Below, piece by piece: positions 1 through 13,404 of a stretch of 64,000 nt of DNA. This DNA is from Squalus acanthias (lineage: Eukaryota), in NCBI GenBank assembly GCA_030390025.1, contig CM059433.1:9860001-9924000 (forward strand), in the 5' to 3' direction. The position numbers and the translations under genes are program-made. Each line of letters starts with the position of its first letter. Positions within the stretch are counted from its first letter, which is position 1. Under the pieces are notes generated by a model, which saw only the letters and a list, made by a program, of their open reading frames with translations, had not been told where the DNA came from and made no database searches.

Positions 1-845
1 CCTCCACAGCTCTCTGGGGTAGAGAATTCCAAAGATTCACGACCCTCTGAGGGAAGCAATTCCTCCTCATCTCCGTCTTAAATGGGCGACCCCTTATTCT
101 GAAACTATGCCCCCTAGTTCTAGATTCCCCCACGAGGGGAAACATCCTCTCAGCATCTACCCTGTCAATCCCTCTCAGAATCTTATACGTTTCAATAAGA
201 TCACCTCTCATTCTTCTAAACTCCAATGAGTATAGGCCCAACCTGCTCAACCTTTCCTCATAAGACAACCCTTCCATCGCAGGAATCAACCTAGTGAACC
301 TTCTCTGAACTGCCTCCAATGCAAGTATATCCCTCCTTAAATAAGGGGACCAGAACTGTACGCAGTACTCCAGGTGTGGTCTCACCAGCGCCCTGTACAG
401 TTGTAGCAAGACTTCCCTACTTTTATATCTATCCCCCTTGAAATAAGGGCCAACATTCCATTTGCCTTCCTAATTACTTGCTGCACCTGCATGCTAACTT
501 TTTATGTTTCATGTACGAGGACACCCAAATCCCTCTGTACCGCCGCATTCTGTAGTCTCTCTCCATTTAAATAATACTTTTCTTTTCTATTCTTCCGACC
601 AAAGTGGATAACTTCACATTTTCCCACATTATACTCCATCTGCCAAATTCTTGCCCACTCACTTAACCTATCCATATCCCTTTGCAAACTCTTTATGTCC
701 TCCTTACAACTTGCTTTCCCACCTATCTTTGTATCGTCCGCAAATTTGGCTACAGTACACTCGCTTCCTTCATCCAAGTCATTAATGTAGATTGTAAACA
801 GTTGAGGCCCCAGCACCGATCCCCGTGGCACCCCACTAGTTACCG
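1..845 (-). mobile_element. CR1-clade LINE (HER1-like) ORF2 reverse-transcriptase fragment, 5'-truncated and running off the window start
   Basis: ORF 502..831 contains GSVLGPQLFTIYINDLD, KFADDTK, WQMEYNVGKC and QRDLGVLVH; 1-500 is homologous to the other CR1 copies in the window. Confidence 0.95.
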
Positions 846-1374
846 AACTCAGGGGCCTGGTGGGAGGCTCACAACTTGAAAAAAGAGCAGAAAGGTAAGA
901 CTCTGAATATTGCTGTAAAAATCGCAGCGCGGGACCAGAATGGGCTCATGGAAGATGTTGCAGCTGTTAAAGAGAGAGGCAAAAAAAAAGAAAGAAGCTG
1001 CACAGAACGATTGTCCTTGCACTTCTTCTGGAACAAGCCTGTACACCTGTCACGGCTTCCCTTGCTGAGACTGGGCCTCATCATTCACTGCTCCTCTGTC
1101 AGGGAGCTGCCCTGTGGCAGTCGGAGCACTGCCTGTCATAGTCCATCCTGCGAGAGGTTCTTCTTCTGTCCTCTGAGCTCCCAAGCCACCCTCGCCTCCT
1201 ATTCCTGCTGAGCTAAAAATACCAGGGACTGGCCACTGCAGACAAGTGTGCCCAGTGTCTAACCCCCAGACTGACCATCAGAGTAGCTCTGTACTTATTG
1301 CTCATGATTGGTTTTACCAAGCAATAATCTTTTCCTTTTCATGAACACTTTGTGATTACTATTACGAACCTGTT

Positions 1375-1990
1375 CTGCACTTCCGGTCGACATTACAGCT
1401 TCGGTACTGCAGTGGAGCCAGGAGGAGCACTTTACTGCACCTCACCGCTGCACCTTCAGGTAAGTATTTTTTTTAAACTTACCATTTTGGTAGCGGCCTG
1501 CACAGTCCCTTTAAGAACAGCTGGTTAGGCTGCATGTAGGCCACATTTCGTTCAGGGCAGTACAATTTCACAAAGAGGACCACGAACAGGCGTTAAGCCC
1601 GCTATTTGCATATACAAAGGGTCTGACGTCTGTTCCCAGCGTAGGCCCTGAACGCCTCTTTTCCTGCCTTCACCAATATGGCGGGTGACACGAATCTTGT
1701 CATTCATGTGGAAATGACATGAAGTAATACTGGGCGGCCTGCTGGTGGCGCTGTCCAGGGAGAGTATAAATACTCGGGCATGGGACCAGCTTGCTCAGGA
1801 CATTCCTTAACAGGAACTAGTGAAGGACATAACTAGATCTCCATGTGGAAAAACAGTTGATTATAGCTTTGTTTCATCGCTTAGACCAAGTGCCTAGTAG
1901 TTTACTTACGTCAGCGGGCGGAGCACTTCTGCTGCATACTGGGCGCCCGCTATATTGGATGCTTAGGTGCCCGTTTTGGGTCTGAATTGC
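1375..1990. mobile_element. Degenerate GC-rich non-autonomous DNA-transposon (MITE-like) remnant, interrupted by a solo LTR
   Basis: Shares the motifs CAGGTAAG+T-run and AACAGGCG..ATTTGCAT with the 2830-3435 element; boundaries approximate. Confidence 0.5.
1686..1913 (+). mobile_element. Solo LTR-like element, copy 1
   Basis: TGAC...GTCA termini; 5-bp TSD GCGGG (1681-1685 and 1914-1918); TATAAATA at 1765-1772; homologous to 51131-51348 and 53261-53479. Confidence 0.9.
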
Positions 1991-2829
1991 TAGGATATAA
2001 CGTGGGGTATTAAAGAATAGCAATAGTGACTACTCTTACCTGTAATACATTTTATAATTATTAAAATTTGTACATAACCTCACCCAAAAATAATGAAACT
2101 TCTTGTCCTTCACTGACGGTGACTGTTCCTGTCAGATACCAGAAGATTAACGCGTGAGCTTTTTCAAGGTTACAAAAACCTTCCTATTCATTACCTTCTT
2201 ATAACTGCGACTACCAATTCTGGTTATTGTACTGTGCACCCATTCAGTATTTAACTCAAGCCTCCAGCTCCTGCAATGATTTGACAAGGCGGTAATAGCT
2301 GTACCATGTTGTCAAATAGATAACTATAAATTTTGGTATTGTAATGTGCAAGTGTCGTTTGAATTGCATTTTCTTGTCAGAAAAATTAAAACATGCCTTG
2401 AGGTAATTATGTAAAAATTCTAACAATTCAAGGCACAGCTGGGGAATTACCAGCAGTGCATTTGGAAATAAGCAAGTTAGTTAAAGTACTGACAGACAAG
2501 GAGGGAGCGAGCTGTGCTGGGCAAGCAAATATACCGTATGAGCAACTAAAAGAGTTCATCAATGATAGGTACAGTGATTCCAGTAATGGGGAGATTTACA
2601 TGGGTGATGCACAAGGAAGCAAGTGAGAATGAAGCAGGTTGACTTTCGCTTCTTCCTCTCTTTCTCCACTTGGTAATAAAAATGGGTGGTTGGGGGATAA
2701 AACTAATCAAAATCAAGACAATTGTGCTTGGAAACAGATTGTTTTTAATAATAGATGTTCAGGAAAAGTGTGTTACTGGGCTTCACTTCTGTTTTGCACA
2801 GAAGGATCCAACTCATTACAAACGTTGGC

Positions 2830-3435
2830 GTAGACATTCAGGCTCGCCCTGTTTTCGGCACGTGGGGAGCGCAAGGGTGAACTCCATGCGCCTGAATGAT
2901 GAGGCCCGAGGTGCTCCCAATATCGGGCCTTGGTCCTTGTTTCTGTCAAATCGGCATGGTGGGAGCGGCCAGCTGGAGCAGAGACAATGAAGATCGTGGC
3001 ACTGCTCGTGTCGCAGCGGCCCTCAGGTGAGTGAAGGCCGGGGGGGAAGAGGAGAAATGGAGGCTGGCGGGGAACCAGAGGCTGGGCGGGATGGGGGGTC
3101 GGGGGGGTGGGGGGGCACTCCTGCTCCTGCTCCTGCACCTTCTCTCGGCTCCACATTCAGGTAATTATATTTGAAAAGCTGACCATGTTGGTAGCGGGCG
3201 GTCCGAAGGTCTGGCTTTTCCCCAGTGTAGCCGGCGCTGCCTCAGGTCAAACCAATCTTACAGCGGGGGCTTCAAACAGGCGCCACGCCCCTTATTTGCA
3301 TGTGCTAAGTTTCTTGACGCCTTTTCCAGGCGTGGGCGGTGCACAGCGATTTTTTTTTCCTCTCCTGATATTGTGGGTGGCGCACTTCCGGCCGGAAACG
3401 TGCATGCTTTTCCTGCCCGCCATATTGGGGGCTTA
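2830..3435. mobile_element. GC-rich MITE-like remnant
   Basis: CpG-rich island in AT-rich flanks; shares internal motifs with other such elements (CTCCTGCTCC, CAGGTAA, ATTTGCAT at 3294); boundaries approximate. Confidence 0.5.
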
Positions 3436-3653
3436 GTAGGTTGGTTTTTGGGTGCTATGTGACCCAATCTGTCGGCCTGTAAATTTATAGAATACGGTAT
3501 TTGGTGGTTCCTTCACGAAAATGACATCAGGCTGATGCCTGCGGATCTGTGTATCTCCGAATACCGTTTCATATCAGCGTACTTCTGTACAAGCTCCTTT
3601 TTTTGGCCTTTTGCTTGAACCATAATCAGGACTGACTGACAGCTTTATATAGA

Positions 3654-4133
3654 TGTGAGAAGTCGCACAACACCAGGTTATAGTCCAACAGCTTTATTTG
3701 AAATCACAAGCTTTCGGAGCGCTGCTCCTTCGTCAGGTGAAGTGAAGAGATGCATATAGGCACAGCATATATAGTCAGAGAACACTGCCAGATGATTACA
3801 TCTGCCACATTTGACCCCTTGTGACCCCACCGCATTGTCTTTGATGTAATGTTTTCCTGACTGACCTGTTTGGACACCATCCACACCTTTGATTGCCGTG
3901 ATTATCTCTCTGCCGAGGTGTGATAAAGGGCAGTTGGAAAGATTAACTGTAATCATCTGGCTGTGTTCTCTGACTATATATGCTGTGCCTATATGCATCT
4001 CTTCACTTCACCCGACGAAGGAGCAGCGCTCCGAAAGCTTGTGATTTCAAATAAAGCTGTTGGACTATAACCTGGTGTTGTGCGACTTCTCACATTTGTC
4101 CACCCCAGTCTAACACCGGCATCTCCACATCAT
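3654..4133 (+). mobile_element. Short Penelope-like element (family 1) with inverted pLTRs and a one-sided 3' tail
   Basis: Inverted arms ~3654-3800 and ~3948-4094; tail TTTGTCCACCCCAGTC..CACATCAT; 13-bp TSD AGCTTTATATAGA (3641-3653 and 4134-4146); homologous to the 3' UTR downstream of the GIY-YIG ORF end at 19212-19630. Confidence 0.9.
3704..3740 (-). ncRNA. Minimal type-I hammerhead ribozyme motif (PLE family 1)
   Basis: Reverse complement reads TCAC-CTGACGA-A-GGAGC-AGC-GCTCC-GAAA-GC-TT-GTGA: core, stem I, stem II and palindromic stem III; the mirror copy at 4008-4044 has CCGACGA. Confidence 0.85.
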
Positions 4134-4264
4134 AGCTTTATATAGAACTACAGATAGCGAAATCAAGAGCAATGTAAGAATCTGATTAATGGGTTATCGG
4201 GAACACCTCAATCTGGTAGAAGATATTTACAGGGAGAATAGTTTAACCTATTTTCCTACCTTGT

Positions 4265-5060
4265 GGCCAGGATTCTCCTCTTGGAGGGGGAGTTCCAGCG
4301 CAGGGAGGACTTTCACCCGGCTTCGGAATCCACCCCGACCCTGAAGCATCTCCATGAGTTCGGGCTCATTTGTGATGAATTGTGGTTTCGCCAGCGGGAT
4401 CCCGCTACCAAGAGAGAGAGTCTGCCAGTGCCAAGAGGAGGAGCTCCATGGTGCTGCAGCGGGGACGCTACCGTGGCAGCGGAAGAGCCGGCGAGGGGCC
4501 TTAAAGGGGCAGGACAGGCCCCGAAGATTGTAGTGAGAAGTCGCACAACACCAGTTTTATTTGAAATCACAAGCTTTCGGAGCTGCTGCTCCTTCGTCAG
4601 GTGAAGTGAAGAAATACAAATCGGCACAGCATATATAGACAGAGAACAATGCCTGTGCAGAGAACAATGTCAGACGACTACAGTTAATCTTTCTGACTGC
4701 CTTTTATCACACCTCGGCAGAGAGACAATCAGATCAGTCAGGAAGACATTATATCAAAGACATAGCAAAATACAACTAAGACAATGAGGTGGGGTCACAG
4801 GGGGTCTAATGTGTCAGATGCTGCAGTCTGTATGGAAAACCATAAACTTTAAAATTTTTACTTTTTTTACTTGTAGAAGATTATCGGCAATGTCCCACGC
4901 AGCATGAAGGGAGAGGATGCCGCAACAAGGCTGTTCCCCCTTCCATGGGGCACCTCACTGCGGTCACTGCCGCTTCTGGGACCCACGGCCATCTTTCCCG
5001 GAAAGTGGTGATAACGCGGATGGGCGGGAGGCAAATCAGCTGCATACACAGGCCCTTGCC
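4265..5060. mobile_element. GC-rich MITE-like remnant interrupted by a PLE fragment
   Basis: CpG-rich segments on both sides of 4533-4870; boundaries approximate. Confidence 0.4.
4533..4870 (-). mobile_element. PLE family 1 3'-UTR/pLTR fragment with an intact hammerhead motif at 4567-4604
   Basis: Reverse complement is near-identical to 14315-14666. Confidence 0.9.
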
Positions 5061-5214
5061 CCGCCCACTGTCGCCATTTACATGTGGTGAGCAGGGAAGG
5101 AGTGGTCGGTGCTGGTCCCAGTGAGAGCAGTGTGAGGGTAATTGAGGTTGGGCAAGATCGTGGAGGAGAATCATGAGCTATAAGTTATAGACGATATTAT
5201 AAAAATAAATCCCA

Positions 5215-5630
5215 TACGTCCCAGTTGACTAAGGGAGTTTAACCAATGAATAGCTGGTCCATAAACACTGGGAAGGCTCCAGGTTCAATTCCCGAGTTGA
5301 TGCAGAGTTACTTGCTCTCAGCCAGTATACTGATAGGAGTACCTCAATTTATTTCAGCACCCCTTGGATAAAGGGGGAACAAGAGGGAAAAATTGACCAG
5401 GTTCTTACTCTCGATCACTATCCTGTGCCCCGTGCTGAAAGTACATGCGTGCAGACATTGAGTAGGGGCAGGTTCGGGCTCTGCCGTGATGCTCCCCATG
5501 GTCAGATATCCGGCCGGCACTCACTCAAGGCTCACGTGTGACTAATAGCCACTTAATGGGTGTACTAGATGGCAACCAGAACCACAGCAAGCAGCTGACA
5601 CATTTAAGGAAGATGTGGGGAGAAAATTGG
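5215..5630 (+). mobile_element. Old tRNA-derived SINE (called SINE-B here), diverged
   Basis: B-box-like GGTTCAATTCC near 5282; body homologous to 27380-27700, 34790-35815, 36040-36272 and 37860-38345. Confidence 0.6.
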
Positions 5631-6454
5631 AGATGTTTTTTGAAGAATTCGATTGAAGAATGAGAATGAGAAGTGGGATGATTTTATAATCCTTCTATTG
5701 ATGCTGCACAGGGATTTAGGCTTTGTCTATTTATACTATTTTTTTAATGGTTCTATTTCTGTGTGAATTTAGTCTTCAAATAGAACTGATCGACAAAAGC
5801 ATTTGAATGTTACAATTATTCCAACTTGTTTCTAGAACATTTGTCTCTCTTTCTCATTTCCTTCTTCCAAACGTATTGGACCAGAACTTCCGATTACCCT
5901 TTCGAGAGAGGGAAGTGCCGCAGGATGGGACTTCTGTCTGTCGACATCCCCTTCCACTGACCCCGCCCTTGATTCTGGAGCTGAGGATCATTTAAATATC
6001 TGGGGCACTGCCCACCCCTGTACAGGTGCAACAGAGGTGCCTGCTCCTCTGAGGAGGCAGATCTTGGCGTGGCATGCACCGCTCTGAGAGGCGGCAGTCA
6101 GGCTCAAATTGGGTTGAAGACAAGTCCCCTCAGGGAACGAAGGCCAACTTTTGAAGCTTTTATCAGCTTGGAGGGGAATCTGTTAAAGCCTTGAAATGGA
6201 ACCCTACGCCTGCTCTAATTTAAACTGCCTTGTAGAGTTTAGATGCGGCAGAAAAAATAATTCCACGACTAACGGAATGGGGGGGATAAAATTGGTCACC
6301 GTCGTGCCCGATTTCTAGGCGAGAAATAAGAGTTGGGGGGGACCGATTTTCCCCGTGTGATATCCCGTGCCCGATCCCTCCCTGGAGGTGTGCCGGCTTC
6401 CAATTTGTCAACTGTCGATTCCTGAGTGATCGGGGTGCCCGCCTAAAACAGGAA

Positions 6455-7080
6455 TTAAGAACATAAGGACATAAGAAATAAGAGCAGGAGTTGGCCATAC
6501 GGCCCCTCGAGCCTGCTCCGCCATTCAATAAGATCATAGCTGATCTTCTACCTCAAATCCATTTTCTCGCCAGATCTCCATATCCCTTGATTCCCTTAGA
6601 GTCCAAAATCTATCTATCTCAACCTTGAATCTACTCAAAGACTCAGCATGCACAGCCCTCTGGGGCAGAGAATTCCAAAGATTCACAACCCTCTGAATGA
6701 AGAAATTCCTCCTCATCTCAGTCTTAAATGGCCTACCCCTTATCCTGAGACTATGTCCCCTAGTTCTAGACACTCCAGCCAGGGGGAAACAACCTCTCAG
6801 CATCTACCCTGTCAATCCCCTTCAGCATCTTGTATGATTCAATGAGATCACCTTTCATTCTTCTAAACTCCAGAGAGTATAGGCCCATTCTACACAATTT
6901 CTCATCATAGGACAGCCCTCTCATCCCAGGAATCAATCTAGTGAACCTTCGTTGCACCGCCTCCAAGGCAAGTATATCCTTCCTTAGATAAGGAGACCAG
7001 AACTGTGCACAGTACTCCAGGTGTGGTCTCACCAAGGCCCTGTACAATTGTAGCAAGACTTCCCTACTCTTATACTCCAA
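6455..7080 (-). mobile_element. CR1 LINE 3' end (C-terminal ORF2, 3' UTR, tandem-repeat tail)
   Basis: LYRALVRPHLEYCAQFWSP and TRGHSLRIRGRPF..FFIQRVVNLWNSLP; tail AGAACATAAG-type repeats. Confidence 0.95.
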
Positions 7081-8790
7081 CATAGAATTACATAGAATAT
7101 ACAGCACAGAAACAGGCCATTCAGCCCAACTAGTCTGTGCTGGTGTTTATACTCCACACGAGTCTTCTCCCGTTCCATCTGACTCATCTCAGCCTTTCAG
7201 CAGATCTTTCTATTCCCTTTTCTCTCATGTACTCGTCTAGTTTCCTTTTGAAAGCATCTATAATATTTGCCTCAACCACTTCCTGTGGTAGCGAGTTCCA
7301 CATTCTAACCACTCTCTGAGTAAAGAAATTTCACCTTGTTTCCCCATTGGATTTATTAGTAACTATCTTGTATTCATAGCCCCTAATTTTGGATTCTCCC
7401 ACAAGTGGAAACATTCTCTCCACATCTACCCTGTCCAAACCATTCATAATTTTAAAGACCTCTATCAGGTCTCCTCTAAGTCTTCTCTTTTCTAAAGAAA
7501 AAAGTCCCAACCGGTTGAATCTTTCCCGATAGCTGTAATCTCTCAGTTCTGGTACAATAGTTGTAAATCTTTTTGCACTTTCTTCAGTGTTTCAATGTCC
7601 TTTTTATAGTATGGAGACCAGAACTGTGCACAGTACTCCAAGTATGGCCTGACCAGGGCCATATACAAGTTTAACATAACTTCACTATTTTTGAATTCTA
7701 TACCCCTAGAAATAAACCCCAGTGCTTTATTATCATTTTTAATTGTTTTGCTGTCCGGCCATGCTGCTTTTAAAGACTTGTTCACCTGTGTCCTTAGATC
7801 CCTTTGCTCTTCTATCCCAATCAGTTTCTCATTTTCTAAGGTATAGGTGATGTTACTATTTTTCCCACCGAAGTCTATCACCTCACATTTATCTATGTTA
7901 AAGTTCATTTGCCACTCAACTGCCCAGTCTGCAAGTTTTCTCATGTCTTCTTGTATTGTGCTGCATTCTTCCTCAGTATTAGCTATACCCCCCCAGTTTG
8001 GTATCATATGCAAATTTTGATAGAGTTATTTGTTGCTAAGTCCAAATCATTAATGTAAGTTATGGATAACAGTGGTCCCAGCACTAATCCTTGTGGAAAC
8101 CCGCTTTCTACTTCTCTCCAATCTGAATAACTATCCTTTACCCCTACTCTCTGCTTTCTATTTTTTAGCCAATTTTCTATACATTCAGCTATTTGTCTCC
8201 TGACTCCACATGCCCTAAACTTTGTCATGAGTCTACCGTGTGGTACTTTATCGAAGGCTTTTTGAAAATCCAAGTATATGGCTTCTACTACATTACCCTT
8301 GTCTACTCTTTCCATTACCTCTTCAAAGAATTCTATCAGATTAGTTAATCATGGCTTAGCCATTCGGAATCCATGCTGACTGTTTTTTATTATATTTCCT
8401 GTCTCTAGATGCTCTTCTATCACTTATTTTACTATGGATTTCAGTATCTTTCCTATCACTGACATTAAGCTGACTGGTCTATAGTTCCCAGGTTTTGTTC
8501 TTTCTCCTTTTTCTGTATATAGGAACAACATTAGCTGTCCACCAGTCCTCTGGCACTATCCCCTCTTCTACGGAACTTTTATATATATATAAAGTAGTGC
8601 CTCTGCTATCTCCTCCCGAGTTTCCTTGAGTATGCATGGGTGCATACCATCCGGACCTGGGGTTTTATCCACTTTTAGTTTTGCCAGTTTGTCAATTATT
8701 TTCTCCCTTTCTAGGCCAACTGTATCAATATTCTTTTTAAGCTCATCCTCCAATGAAGAGTCTATTTCGTTATCTTCTTTAGTAAAAACT
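7081..8790 (-). mobile_element. Older CR1 LINE (different subfamily), frameshifted ORF2 RT domain and 3' end
   Basis: KTPGPDGMHP, YLDFQKAFDKVPH, PQGLVLGPLL and LVRPYLEYCAQFWSP across ORFs 8568..8753, 8004..8315 and 7543..8013. Confidence 0.93.
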
Positions 8791-9400
8791 AAGGCGCCTT
8801 GAATATGCTAATCAATGGCCTGCTGCCTGTTGTAGGACCCGATGCCAAACTCTGGGCAGAGCACGCGCCGAGCATAGGCTTTTCCAGGTCAACAACAGCA
8901 GCATAACCAACGGCCCTTAAACAGCAACACTGCGGGCCGCTGTTGGCCCGTGCTCACCCCCTTCCCGAACGCCACCCTCAGCTCCCAGAATTTACCAGCT
9001 CTGGATCGGAGCTGGCTGAATTTTTCCAAGCTCCCGACCGGCGAGCTACACCAGGACACCCAATTGGCATCTGCTGCTTCTCGGTATTATGTAGATGAGG
9101 CTCCAGGCCCAATTTCCAGCAAGCCTCGGGTGCGCACTTCACGCCGCGTTTCAGCGTGAGACCAATCTCCCGGCCAATGGGTCGATACGGAAGGAAAGTT
9201 TCTTTTCGGTATGAGAAAAACCGAATTGTATCGATACATTTTTAAAGGTTAATTTAATTAAAATGTTGTGAGATGCAATTTTTCTTACAAATTTCTCTCC
9301 CTCCTCTCCTGATTCAAGCTGACATATAGTTCGAGGGGCACTGAGTGCCCTCTTGTGCCTTGCCCAAGTGGTCGTTTTCATGAGCCTACATGAGGAGATT
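8790..9400. mobile_element. GC-rich MITE-like remnant with an AT-rich core
   Basis: Architecture like 12438-13172 and 28064-28590; boundaries approximate. Confidence 0.4.
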
Positions 9401-9727
9401 GGACCTGGTGGGAGGAGGCGCATGAGGAGCATAAATGCCAGCAGAGACCAGTTGGGCCGAATGGCCTGTTTCTGTGCTGCAGACTCAATGTAACGCAATG
9501 ACCACAGCCGTCAGTAACCAATGTCTGACACATTGAATATTTTCCTGCAGGAGTCATTGAATACTGGTCACATGCAGGTATTTGTGGCGATTTCCCCACC
9601 TCCTCCAGATCAGCCCAACTGTAGCATCCCAGCCGAGATCAGGTAAATCAGCTCAAAACAAGGGATCAAACCTGGGACTTTCCTGGTCCGTGTAGCTCAA
9701 TAGCTTACTGGGGAATGCATTTAAGTA

Positions 9728-10410
9728 ATGAGCATAACTAAGACCGCCTATTTTCACCTCTGTAACATTGCCCGTCTCCGCCCTTGCCTCAGCTCATCCG
9801 CTGCTGAAACCCTCATCCATGCCTTTGTTGCCTCTAGACTTGACTATTCCAACGCACTCCTGGCTGGCCTCCCACACTCTACCCTACGTAAAGTTGAGGT
9901 CATCCAAACACTCAGCTGCCCATGTCCTAACTCGCACCAAGTCCCGTTCACCCATCACCCCTGTGCTCGCTGACCTACACTGGCTCCCGGGTAAGCAACG
10001 CCTCGATTTCAAAATTCTCATCCTTGTTTTCAAATCTATCCATGGCCTCGCCCCTCCCTATCTCTGTAATCTCATCCAGCCCCACAACCCCCCGAGATAT
10101 CTGCGCTCCTCTAATTCTGCCCTCTTGAGCATCCCTGATTATAATCGCTCACCCATTGGTGGCCGTGCCTTCTGTTGCCTAGGCCCTAAGCTCTGGAATT
10201 CCCTCCCTAAACCTCTCCGCCTCGCTACCTCTCTTTCCTCCTTTAAGACGCTCCTTAAAACCTACCTCTTTGACCAAGCTTTTGGTTACTTGCCCTAATT
10301 TCTTCTTATGTGGCTCGGTGTCAAATTTTTTGTCTTTTAAAACACCTGTGCAGCGCCTTGGGACGTTTTACTATGTTAAAGGCGCTATATAAATACAAGT
10401 TGTTGTTGTT
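9728..10410 (+). mobile_element. L2-clade LINE 3' fragment
   Basis: KTAYFHL.NIARLR, AFVASRLDYSNALL, ITPVLADLHWLP and FKTLLKTYLF; tail GGCGCTATATAAATACAAG(TTG)n. Confidence 0.95.
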
Positions 10411-11102
10411 GAGCGGTCAGGAGCTCAAACCCAATGTACGCGTGTTGCTCTGGATGAATACACGGCAGGCAGGCAGCTCAGCACGTCTGTGCAAAGAAGG
10501 GCTGAGTAATAGCTTGTGGACAGAAATTATACAAAACCACAGGACAGCTGGATATTAGGCACTGCCATAAGAGAGGAAGAGAAAGAAGCAGAGAAAGAGA
10601 TGGTTTATTTGCAATGCATTTTGGCACAGATTTTTTTTTAGAATTGGCAGGCAGCCCAGAAACCACTAATAAAATTTACAGCAGAGAAGGTATTTGCAAA
10701 ATTTGAAGAAAGACATTTCCTGATATTACATATTTGTGAGATATTAATATACTTGCACTGAAACATCATTCAATTCAATCAACCATTTGTGCGGAATGCA
10801 AGATTTTATTCTTTTTGCTTTTTGTTCAAGTTTTCAGTAAAGAAGATGTAAGTGTAAGTGCAGTGCTCCCAGCGGGAGTCACACTCGTCAGGACCACAGG
10901 AGTCACAGAATCAGTGCGACAATGCTGTAAGCCTGAGTCCCACGCATGCTCCCTCTGAGTGCAGTTCCCCACTGGCAGTGCAGGATTGCAGAATTCATCC
11001 TGTGGAGTTCCATCAATATGATGGTTTTTCTTAAAGGTTGCTCAAAGCTTACAGTTTAAAAGTGAGACACATCCTGCAAAGAGTCACTGGCTGTATCGCA
11101 GA

Positions 11103-11510
11103 ATAAACCAAATCGCCATTTGTTTCTATCTCTGTAATCTCCTTCAGCCCCACAACCACCCGCCTCCCCCCACCCCCCCCCCCCCCCCCCCGAGATATCT
11201 GCGCTCCTCTAATTCTGCCCTCTTGAGCATCCCTGATTATAATCGCTCAACCATTGGTGGCCGTGCCTTCTGTTGCCTAGGCCCTAAGCTCTGGAATTCC
11301 CTGCCTAAACCTCTCCGCCTCACTACCTCTCTTTCATCCTTTAAGACGCTCCTTAAAACCTACCTCTTTGACCAAGCTTTTGGTCAGCTGCCCTAATTTA
11401 TCCTTATGTGGCTCAGTGTCAAATTTTTTTGTCTAAAAATACTCCTGTGCAGCGCCTTGAGACGTTTTACTCCGTTAACGGCGCTATATAAATACAAGTT
11501 GTTGTTGTTT
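11103..11510 (+). mobile_element. L2 LINE 3' fragment with a poly-C expansion
   Basis: Near-identical to 10058-10410; (TTG)n tail. Confidence 0.93.
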
Positions 11511-12437
11511 CAGCTCCCTTGTTATCTATCTCTCAATCGGCAGGAACAGCGCAGGGCTGATCTTTTACCAATGTGAATTCCCAGCAGGCAGGGCTCCCCG
11601 CCGGGAGCGCACTTTCATAAAGTCAGACCTTGGAGTCAAACAGGCTGAGGTCTGAAATTTTAATGGGGCTCACAGCAATCGAAACGCTTTGACTGGAACC
11701 GGATTAAACTCTGCTTTAAACCTGTCATGTCTGTGGCTGAGTGTGTGCAGGCCAGCAATGGAATGCTCGTTTAAACGAAAGCATTTGCTTTTACTTCCAC
11801 TTATTTTATGACCTGCTTCGAGGGTGCTGGCCTTCCACGCCCGGTGAGCACCGCAAGGAATAGAGCGTCTGGTAGACACGAATAACAGCAGTGAGATTTA
11901 GATTAGATATCTTTCCCTTTCGTTTAAATTATATTTGATGTTGGAATTATTATTTTCGTCGTGCCTCCTCACGAGGGGAGACTTGCAAATCTGTTTTTCC
12001 GTTGATGACACTGGGTCCTTTTCGGTATATTTATAAAAATGGCATTAAAGGTGTGGTATTATAGAGGACATTGCTCAGTCAGTCGACCTGAGTTATACTG
12101 CTGACTGGGCCTTGTACTGAGCTTCATGGCAAAAAAAAACATTCTGCAGATAAGCTCCACACCTTGGGCGGCTCATTTTTAATGCTATGAGAGTGTGTGG
12201 GCGGCAATAAATTCTCATGAAGAGCGCACAGTAGGTTGATAAAATCCCCCAGTGCCCTGCCTGGGCTGCTTTTCAAATGCAGCTTGGTGCTAGGCTGGAG
12301 TTCCATGGCCTCTGGTGCAAAGTGGGAGTGCGGCGAGACGACCTATCGCAGGCGATTTCACATCTCTTGCTTCAGTGCATTCTGAGCTCACATGACTTTT
12401 GTTCCAGTGTGCGGAAACCACGTCACATGGATGTAAT

Positions 12438-13172
12438 GGGCCGTATTTTCTGATGCCATACGGGTGGGCACGGGCTGTGTACCCACCCGTAGGGACATCG
12501 GAAATGCCGGTTTCAGGCGTGCCAAGCACATGCGCTGAAAACCGGCATTTCCGATCTGTCAAGAATGCTCTTGACAGATCGGACGCCTGCCCTGGAGAAG
12601 GGCCTCTGCGGGGGGGAGAGTTCCGCTTTCTGCAGAACCTCCGCCCGCTGAAAACCCTTAGAAATCTTACGCCTGGTAAAAGCCAGCATAAGGCCTGCTT
12701 TTACCAGCATAAGAGTTGAAAAAAAGTTTTTTTAAATGTTCACTCATTTATAATTTAAAAATACTTTTAAAAAAGGTAAGTTTATTTTTAGCCCCGTAAA
12801 AAACTTTAATTATTTTTTTTCAAAAAATTAAATTTTTGTTTAAAATATGTAATTTTAACTCATTTTAAAAACGTGATGGTTTTTAAAAAAAATTATTTAA
12901 TGTTTTAGTGTCTTTTTGGGGTGATCTCCATTCATACATTTGACGGGTCTCTCTGTCAAAAGTATGAAGGGAGATTCCCTTCTCCTATTGGCTGGCCTGG
13001 CCCACGTGATCCCAGGGATGCTTGCGAACCGCCTGCGCCCCCGGGATACGTGGGTCCTGCGCATTTCGACTGTGGAGAGGCCCAGGATCGGAAGTGTCCG
13101 GACCTCGGGAGCCTTCGGGTAAGTTCGTAGATTTTTTTCCGACAGGAGGCCTCCGATCGGAAATTACGGGCC
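12438..13172. mobile_element. MITE, probably Harbinger-derived, with GGSCCG-type TIRs and an AT-rich core
   Basis: Left GGGCCGTATTTTC and right GAAATTACGGGCC form an imperfect TIR; same architecture as 56753-57517. Confidence 0.7.
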
Positions 13173-13404
13173 ATGGTGTAACTGCAAACATATCAACATT
13201 GCTTCTTTAATGTGCCATAACTTCATCCCAAGCACATTACCTTACAAGAAATTTTTTCTGCTGTGTTGTAGCAAACTGGAGTTACTAATTAACCCCTTTT
13301 CGTAGCACACTGTTGAATTTAGGGGAATGACTAGCCAAGGGGCTCATTGATAATCTGACGGTGCCTTTCAGCAGCCAATTATTATAAGTGAAGGAAAATA
13401 CAGT

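Noticed and set aside
2495..2568. Short exon-like frame KEGASCAGQANIPYEQLKEFIND
   Set aside because: Weak acceptor, no recognised homology and no partner exons
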